From Syncephalis fuscata S228 (Eukaryota; Fungi; Zoopagomycota), in NCBI GenBank assembly GCA_025786725.1, contig JAHLTZ010000002.1, positions 620,001-684,000 on the forward strand: DNA of 64,000 nt, in the 5' to 3' direction. The notes beneath the pieces are model-generated. The model did no database searches. It was given only the letters and a program-made list of their open reading frames with translations, and was not told where the DNA came from. Position numbers and translations under genes: made by a program. Positions 56,220 to 64,000 of the stretch are shown here, in pieces (within the stretch, counting starts at the first letter, position 1; each line of letters opens with the position of its first letter).

Positions 56220-58249
56220 CTATGAAGGCGAGCTATGAAGTTTTGCCAGTAGAGTAAGGCGGCGCAAATAGGCCGTGACCAACCCGCTGCATAAAATAAT
56301 GTATACGCTGATGGCGACACCAATGATGGCATAGGTTGTTGAGCGTTTGTGGCGGGGTCCGTTTTCAGGCAAGCCGACGTAGTACGGCGCGTCCGTCGCG
56401 TATAAATATTGATGTGCCACTACCGACTGAAATCCGGCATTATAATCAAGGGCAACCTAGAATAGTTTTTATATGCCACAAGTCAATTTCAACACAGCTA
56501 AATCCCCAGTTAACTTACCTCAGACTGTTTCCAGTTATTTCGATTGTCTTCATAGTCGTCGAGAAAGCTTGGGCCACCAACCACGGCACCATATAGTACA
56601 TGCTCTGTCTGTTCTGGGACATGAATATTTTGGATGTCAGTACCACCATGAGCACCGGAATGATGGGGATTTTTTGGAGAGTTGGCGTGCACACCAATCA
56701 CATAGGGGATACGGACAGGATTGTGTCCAAGTAGATATTCAAATTGTGCAGTTGCAAAACTTTCATAGCGTTTACGACGTGCAGAGTTTACCGGAAGGTT
56801 ACGGGACGCATAGGTCAAAAGTAACTGAGCAGTATTAGATGCAAATACAGTAGAGTCTGAATCGCTAATAATAAATAATTTAGTCATTTAAATAATAATC
56901 ATTTACTTTGATGCTCACCTAATATCACGATACCATAGCAGGCCTCCAGCCGTCAATTCTGCATTCTGAAGTGAAACGATCGAGTCCAAATACGACTCGG
57001 CCCAGTCTTTCCAATCTTGATCTGTGCTCCCCTCGCCAATACGGCTACGAGCAATTGCGCCGACAACATAGCAGCCGCCGCGTCTTTCATCCCAATTAAA
57101 TGGTGGCTTTGAAGCTCTTAATTGTCCTTCGCGTACGTATTGTTTAGCACGGTCAAGATATGAATTTTCTCCGGTCATACGGGCCATCCAGACCATAGCC
57201 CAACAAAGATCATCGTAATACCCGCTGGACGCGTAGTATGGAGTTACCGAGGGCACAGAGTCCTGGTAGAGTCGCATGGGCTTTAATTCGGCCAGAGCGC
57301 ATGTGTCATTGGCATGTTGCTGTAATAAATTTGAATAGGCCGTGTCATTTATTCGTCGTCGATAAAGAATTGCGCTAGATGCAAATGCAGCGCAGACGGA
57401 TGCAGCAAGATCGGTTCCGGGATGGCTGACATCTACACTAAAGGCTGGTCGTGGCTTTGGGATGCCTGTATCAGGTCCCCAGTAATTGTGATCGACGTTG
57501 CCATCTCCTACTTGCGCAAAAATAACGCTGGAGTTTGGATTGGCCTTCATCAACCAATCCAGTCCCCAGCGCATTTGTAAATCAAATGCAGAAGCCTGGC
57601 CACTTTCCTCGTAGCTTCTCCAAAATGCAAGTCCTCCCCAGGCAAGTTGCGATAGCGAGAATGACAGAGGAAACGTAAACTTCAAATAATCGCCTGTTAT
57701 GTAGTTGCGTAGTTAATAATTTTTAACTTTACGTAGCACACATTATTGATTTCTTACCAGCGTCATAGTATCCCTGAATAAATAAAGAAAACAGTGTATT
57801 AATAACAAAATTACATAATCGATAGTTTGGTGCATTAAGTATCGAACATACCCCAACCAAATCAACACCATTTTCACTTCCATCGTCAAGTGCAGAGTCA
57901 TGACGCCTAATGATGCAATAAATTTTATAATGGGTAGTTTGAATATCAAATCTACTTACCAAGAGATTTGGCTGTTATTTGGTAATTTTCCACTGCGTTG
58001 TGCTTCGTAGAACATAATGTTATAGCTCAATAAACGAATCCATTCAGTCTGAACAAAAGCGTCTGTAGCTGCACCGCTAACCTGTTTGCCTGCATTTTGG
58101 CCGAGCAAAGGTGCAGTTGATTCTTGCTGACTACTAGCTCCAGTTGCTAGTAATGCTATTATAGTACAAAGCATTACAGATTTTATAATATATTTAGTCG
58201 TTGATTTTAGTTGTGGCGCGCTGGCAGCAGAGAAGGTTTTTGGTATCAT
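56220..58249 (-). CDS. Glycoside hydrolase family 9 endoglucanase with signal peptide and C-terminal TM anchor
   Basis: FYEAQRSGKLP, WRHDSALDDG..VDLVG|GYYDA|GDYLKF.FP, QVGDGNVDHNYWG, LLGHNP..PHH, GAVVGGP..D.YED.R.NWKQSE|VALDYNAGF. Confidence 0.95.
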
Positions 58250-59520
58250 TTTAGCTGTTACAACTAATCGTTTGTATAGTTCGTAAAATGTTTTGCAGCT
58301 GTTGCGTATTCCCGATAAACTGGGATTTGTTTGGACTTGATACTACCCCACCCTGTGTCGCTATTTATTTGTGTTTGCGAAAATATAGATTATTGAGAAA
58401 GTAGAAAAAAATGGAAATCAATGGCACATCAAGCAAAGGAGAAGAAGCAAAATTTGGCCAGCGCAGTTCCAAAAGGGATCCAATGGGAATGAAGAAAACA
58501 CAGCTGCAAAAAAAGGTTCCTGCATCGTAGGTCGGAGTGAGATGTTTCGCGTTTATAGATAGATACCATCGCAACGAATGCCACGGCAAGTATCGTTATA
58601 CATGTACACATTGTCACCAAGAGCAAGTGCAGGCTTAATTAAATTGTTCTAGAAAAGCAGCGACTTGGCGTATGAACAGATCCCTGGATGTTTTGTATTA
58701 GTTTCCAATGATTTGGGCAAGCTGAAGCTATGAAATTGCACTTTCTTTCCGTAACAAATTATAGTGATACACAAAAATAAATTAATAACTACACACATAT
58801 ATAAAGGCGCAAAAATTTAAGCTAAATAGACATATATACTTTTTGTTGATAATAAAAGTTAGTCAGTTATTTAATTATTTTCTGCATAAATAAAATATAA
58901 TGCTTGGAATATAGTAAAATGTCTACAGTCAAGATTTTTGTGTGGGAAAGCTACATAATTTATAATTGCTAAATATGGTAATGGTGTTTTCCCAGTTTGA
59001 TATACGTGGCATGTAAGATCGACTGCAAGCTTAAAAACGCACATACACTGCTTATTGCCTGTTGGTTTTACAAAATAGTGGACGGATAGCTTGCCGGTAT
59101 TTTCCGCTACATTACACTGCTCGGCAGTAGTTGACAGCGGCAGCGTTTGCCGAAAACGGACGTAAGCAGCAAGGGCGCAACCATGCGATAATCCTTTCTT
59201 GGTACTGAATGCTTTGGTAGTGGTTGACCTTGGACTTCCTTAAAAAAGCACGGAATACAAACCAGCGTATTTTTATGTTTTCGTAACACGCTGATGTGGG
59301 CATGTGTAACATCGAACTATTCAAACAGTGTTGCTGCGCGACGTGTAAGGTGATCTGCCTAGCCGATGGTATTCTGCACTGAAAAAGGAACATTTTCAAA
59401 TGCACTGGAATACAAAAATAAAGTGGTGTTATTTAAGATGGCCAAGCATTTGCCAAACTTCAAATGGCCATTTTTTGAACTTCGTAATTTTAACAGCTTT
59501 TAGTCTTTTTATTATAAAAA

Positions 59521-60029
59521 ATGCAGATTGTAATTATTTCATTATTTTGGAGTTTTTGCTGTATATATCCTGTTATATCAGCGCCAACTCCTTTATTGAA
59601 TGGCCTTCTAGGTGGTGTTCCTGTAGTTGGGCCTTTAGTCAATGGATTGGGCGATGGTCTAGTATCAGGACTGGTACCTGCACTTTTACCGCCTCAATCT
59701 CCACCCCCATCTCCCGCACCGGCATCAGCACCGACACCATCGCCAGCATCATCACCATCGCCAGCACCAGCACCATCGCCTCCATCAGCACCATCGCCTC
59801 CATTAGCACCATCGCCCTTGCCAGCACCATCGCCGTCGCCTGCGCCATCAACATCAGTACCGCTACCGCCATCATCTTCAGCAACAGCAGCATCTTCTGA
59901 TTCTGGATCAAGTTTAAGTAGTGATACAGGAAATCAAAATCAAAACGGAATTAGTAATAATAATAATCTACCTGCATTAATGACGGCTGGAAGTAATTCA
60001 GAATCTAATCCTTCTTCAAGAAGTGATTC

Positions 60030-60062
<33 letters not shown>

Positions 60063-60393
60063 TCCAAAAAGCGAAGAACCTCCCAAGATTGGAGGCAATC
60101 CTTTGTTACCGGGCAATACCTGGAAGACTTCGACAGATATTATAGTAGCCGTCGTAGTGTCTTGTGTATTTCTTGCTGCTGTAGGCACAGTTGCTAGCGT
60201 TGCATATTTCCGTCATAAAAAGGCAAAGAAAAACCAAAATGCATTCAGTACTGGGGACTGGATGACTGTAGAGGAGATCCAGCAACGATATGGTAATAGC
60301 AATATACCGACTATTACACCCGATCAACGACCGGTTACTACAGCAAAAACATCACATAATTCTCGTAATGTTATTCGTTTTTCATTCAAATAG
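59521..60393 (+). CDS. Type I membrane protein with Pro/Ser-rich extracellular stalk
   Basis: Signal peptide, (PSPA)n tract, single TM IIVAVVVSCVFLAAVGTVASVAYF followed by RHKKAKK. Confidence 0.8.
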
Positions 60394-60969
60394 TGATTTA
60401 CACTTGGAAATATTTATGTAGCACTATTGTAAAGTTTAACAGCTTATTAATTAAATAAATTATATTAAAACAATTACGGTTGCATTATACTTTACTTTTT
60501 TATTTACGTTACCAAAGTAACATTCATTTCAATTGAAATCATGTTATTGTTATACACATCACAATTATATTACTTCCTGTTAAAATACTGTTAATAAATT
60601 GACTTAAATAATGTAACATTCTATTTGATTTTATTGAAACATTTAAGGTCGATTATAATTGGCAATGTGTAGAAAGATTAATTGAATATTAGCATATTTC
60701 AATAAGCTACATTCACTATGATTACAATCACATTGGATTTTTAGCAATAATATCCATAATTATTTAGTTAATTGTTTTATTTGATTGTGTTAGTGTCGTT
60801 GCACTAATATGTATATGTTATGCATCATTCCATTCTTTAATTTAATTTTAATGCTTGTTAATTGAGTTAAATAAAATGCATTATCATATAAAATATTGTG
60901 CGTATTTATAAATAATCTTAATAAAACATAGCTCCGTTCATATTCATATTATTTGTTCTATCAATATAA

Positions 60970-61560
60970 CTCAGTGAACAAACTAGGTGCACTGAGTTAG
61001 TTTTTATTAATAAAAGAACTGGAACCATACCGACAACGGTTATATACAGCGTATGACCAATATATAATGAAATGATAAACGTTATAATGAATATGCAACA
61101 TGGAATGAGACTAGCAATGTTTAAGTTATCGAGTATATATGCATGAGCAGATGACCGACATTAGCTAAACTTTTAATAATAGGCTAGAACAAAAATAAAT
61201 ACAGCTTTGGATAGAGAAGATTAAGCGAGTATATAATGATATATAAAATGGTGAATATACGGCGAGAAAGCATATAAAACGATGTCAAAGTTATAGTGCA
61301 TATAATACAATGAGTGGACTGAGTGAAGTATAATGGAGCATATAAACAATATAATGTATCTAATATATTATAGAATGATATAAATAAATAGAGTGTATAT
61401 GTATACTGGATAATAAATCTATGATAATGAGTATTTTGGGCCCTGATGTGAATTACTCCTAGTTTCATGTTCAATAGAAATAAAGTTTGATTTAAATGCG
61501 TAAATATTGTTAAGTGTAGTTATTTGGCCATTAAATCACATTAAATGACTAGTAATTGTT
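60970..61560 (+). repeat. Dispersed repeat family A copy (longest in the window)
   Basis: Collinear blocks with 22240-22565, 22970-23400 and 34640-35065. Its 3' end (..TTAAATCACATTAAATGACTAGTAATTGT) matches the inverted piece at 22081-22125. Confidence 0.75.
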
Positions 61561-62134
61561 TAATGCTTGAAAAAATACTATCTTTATTTAATTAATAAAT
61601 AATGTAATATATACAAGCATAAATTAAATGACATTGGACATAAAGACTATGAATAAATTGAAATATAAATAAGAGAATTGTTTAAGAGGTGGAATAAAAG
61701 AAAGAATAAAAGCAATCATATAAAAGCAAATGTAGCTATATAATAATATCATCAATAAAACAATAAGTGTAATAAGAACGTTTGCCATCTAAATCTCACT
61801 TGCCATATTATATGGTGCAATAAGCATGGCTTTTGGGGGCGGGTTGAAGTGAAGCTGAGCATCATATCTTTTATTTCTAGAAAAAGTAGGGGCGCAAAGT
61901 AAAATAGCCCACAATTACAGCCATACGCGCAATATTTGTTGCCAAAGCGATCCCGTTTCCAAGTACCGGTATTATAAGATGCTAAGCAACACAAGTAATA
62001 ATGTATTACAACTTAAATATCGCGCAAATGTGTAGACAATACTGCACTTGAATTTAATCTAATATCCATACCTATTATATAGTAGTAGTTTAACATTTTT
62101 ACTGCATTTCCAATATTAGAAAATAGGAAGAACT

Positions 62135-64000
62135 ATGCTTCGTTTAAATTCTATTTTTTTGGTTGCTGCAATATTTTTGGCATCCGTGTCGGCAGCACCT
62201 ACTTCAGATGATTTTAGTAGATTAGAAAAAAATAGTGCTATAGCACCTATCAAGCCAGTGTATTACAACAAAGGAGCCAGTAAATTCTCCTTGAGTGACC
62301 TTACTGCATCAGAAACTAATACTGATGATATTGTTACCAAAAGTATATCTAATTGGCTGACGAAAACAACTGATATCAATGACAACTTAAGAAAGAGTGT
62401 TAATGAACTCTTTGACAATTTAACAAGTAACGTCGAGAAAGTTACAAGTAATAGCAAAGATGCTTTAACTTTTATCAATGACACTGGACGTGGGATGGCT
62501 CATGAACGAACAGCAGTATTAGCTGGCGACTCTAGCCAGCCAACCGAACTAGACAACCAATCAACAGCTACTCATGCAACCAATCATCGAGTCAATAGAG
62601 CATCAAATAATCAAATTATTCAACGTATCGAAAAAGCTATTAAATTGCTTTCTACTTCACCTAAACATAAAAATAAACGCGTTAGTAAACAAGTCAACAA
62701 AAAGAAAATAGAACGCGCTTTAGCATTATTATCGGGCATTTCTGATAAGCTTCGTAATCACACAACTCCAGAACAAATACTTGCCGCTCTTTCTTCAACG
62801 ACCAAACCTGGTCTTTCTGATTCAAAAATGGCTACTGGAGCCCATAGTACTGATGCCGAAACAAGTACCAACGCTCAAGTTAGCGCTGCATCTTTACCAC
62901 CAGTGGATCAGCCCAACGGCAAGCCACCAAGTAATGAAGGAAACCCGCCAGTATTTCAAGATAGCCAAGATTTTCCAAAGCAGCGACGTCAGAACTGCCT
63001 ACTAATACTCCACCCACTCCAGAGGCCATGGAATCAACGGCGCAAGCGGCCGATACTATGCGGGTGACATCAAGTCAGTTAAGAATGCCGGTAAATGATA
63101 ATGAAAGTAGTACAGAGACGCCAGATATTGCATTGTCCACTAATCCTATGATTCAGTACCAGCAAACTACACCAGAGACCTCCACAATGCCGGTGACCAG
63201 ACCCTCGACTGACCAGCCATGTCTAGCATTAACACACCCCTGGCATTTAATACGGTGCCCATGACAACTGACACTTTTAATAATAAATGACGCCGCAAAG
63301 TGTAACTACTTTGCCCATGACGACAGCGTCCGTAGCCAATCTAGCCAATGATTTCACAACTACCACTCCATCTTTAATGGATAATACGGTAACAATGATG
63401 GCGCCATCCAATTCGATGCCTGGATTAGCGCCTGATTCTATGATGGTTGCCACGCAGCCTTCTACCGCCAAAGTATCATTTGATACAATGATGTCCGCGC
63501 CTGGCTCAACTATGAATGTAGCGCCGACTCATCCATTTTCATCAGCAACAACGCCTCACTTTCCAGTTACTATGTCACAGCCATTAACGGAGTCGATGCC
63601 TAGTGCACAAATGCCTAGTAGGTTTATATTTTATTATTTAACATTTTTATTAATTCTTTTTGTATAGCCATGCCATTTACTAATCCAAGTCAAAGCAACG
63701 CAAACCAAGCATCATTTGGCCATCATCCATTTGGCTTGTCTCCATTTGGCGTATCTCCACTTGGTGATCCATTTGGTCACCATTTTAGCCATTATCCATT
63801 TGGCCATCATCATTTTGGCAGTCCGTTCGGTAATCCATTTGGCAATCCATTCGGCGTGTCTCCATTCGGCAACTCCTTCTTACATCATCCGGAACCATTC
63901 TTTCCGCACTTTGGCTTCGATCCATTCTTCAAACATGGCCTAGAATTCTCTGGTACCGGTCCTGAGTTGCGATTCTCTGACGACTTTTATCATCACAGAC
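62135..64000 (+). CDS. Large secreted protein: helical N-terminus, Thr/Met/Pro-rich middle, His-rich PFG-repeat C-terminus; runs off the window end
   Basis: Signal peptide MLRLNSIFLVAAIFLASVSA|AP. ORFs 62135-63067, 63028-63264 and 63287-63620 are linked by frameshifts or introns. After intron ~63622-63667 the frame reads SFGHHPFGLSPFGVSPLGDPFGHHFSHYPFGHHHFG. Confidence 0.65.

Overview
AT-rich eukaryotic DNA with many short (~50-80 nt) spliceosomal introns. Gene content and style suggest an early-diverging fungus, probably Zoopagomycota such as Syncephalis (inference, not proven). The left part (1-36 kb) holds compact housekeeping genes, often head-to-head: a mitochondrial hypothetical protein, YTH1/CPSF4, an APC/KimA-like permease, mitochondrial uS9, MCM3, a PRRC2-like protein, CENP-L, NOP14, NPL4, USB1, a Ctr copper transporter and an EI24-domain protein. 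It is interrupted at 18.8-23.5 kb by a CENP-L fragment, an intronless F-box gene and dispersed repeats. The 36-45 kb stretch is accessory DNA with a signal-peptide plus multi-TM receptor-like gene, gene relics and tRNA-Ala(CGC). A sphingomyelin-synthase-family gene follows, then a ~12 kb run of secreted or surface genes including a GH9 glucanase. Most interesting: (1) a cryptic spliced 46-codon coding exon (peptide uORF), enclosed by a long-range RNA stem, in the permease 5' leader; (2) a U12-type minor intron in YTH1; (3) a secreted precursor with RR-separated 21-aa repeats; (4) a mosaic CENP-L duplication bracketing an F-box gene. Scattered single-base frameshifts in essential genes are most likely assembly errors.
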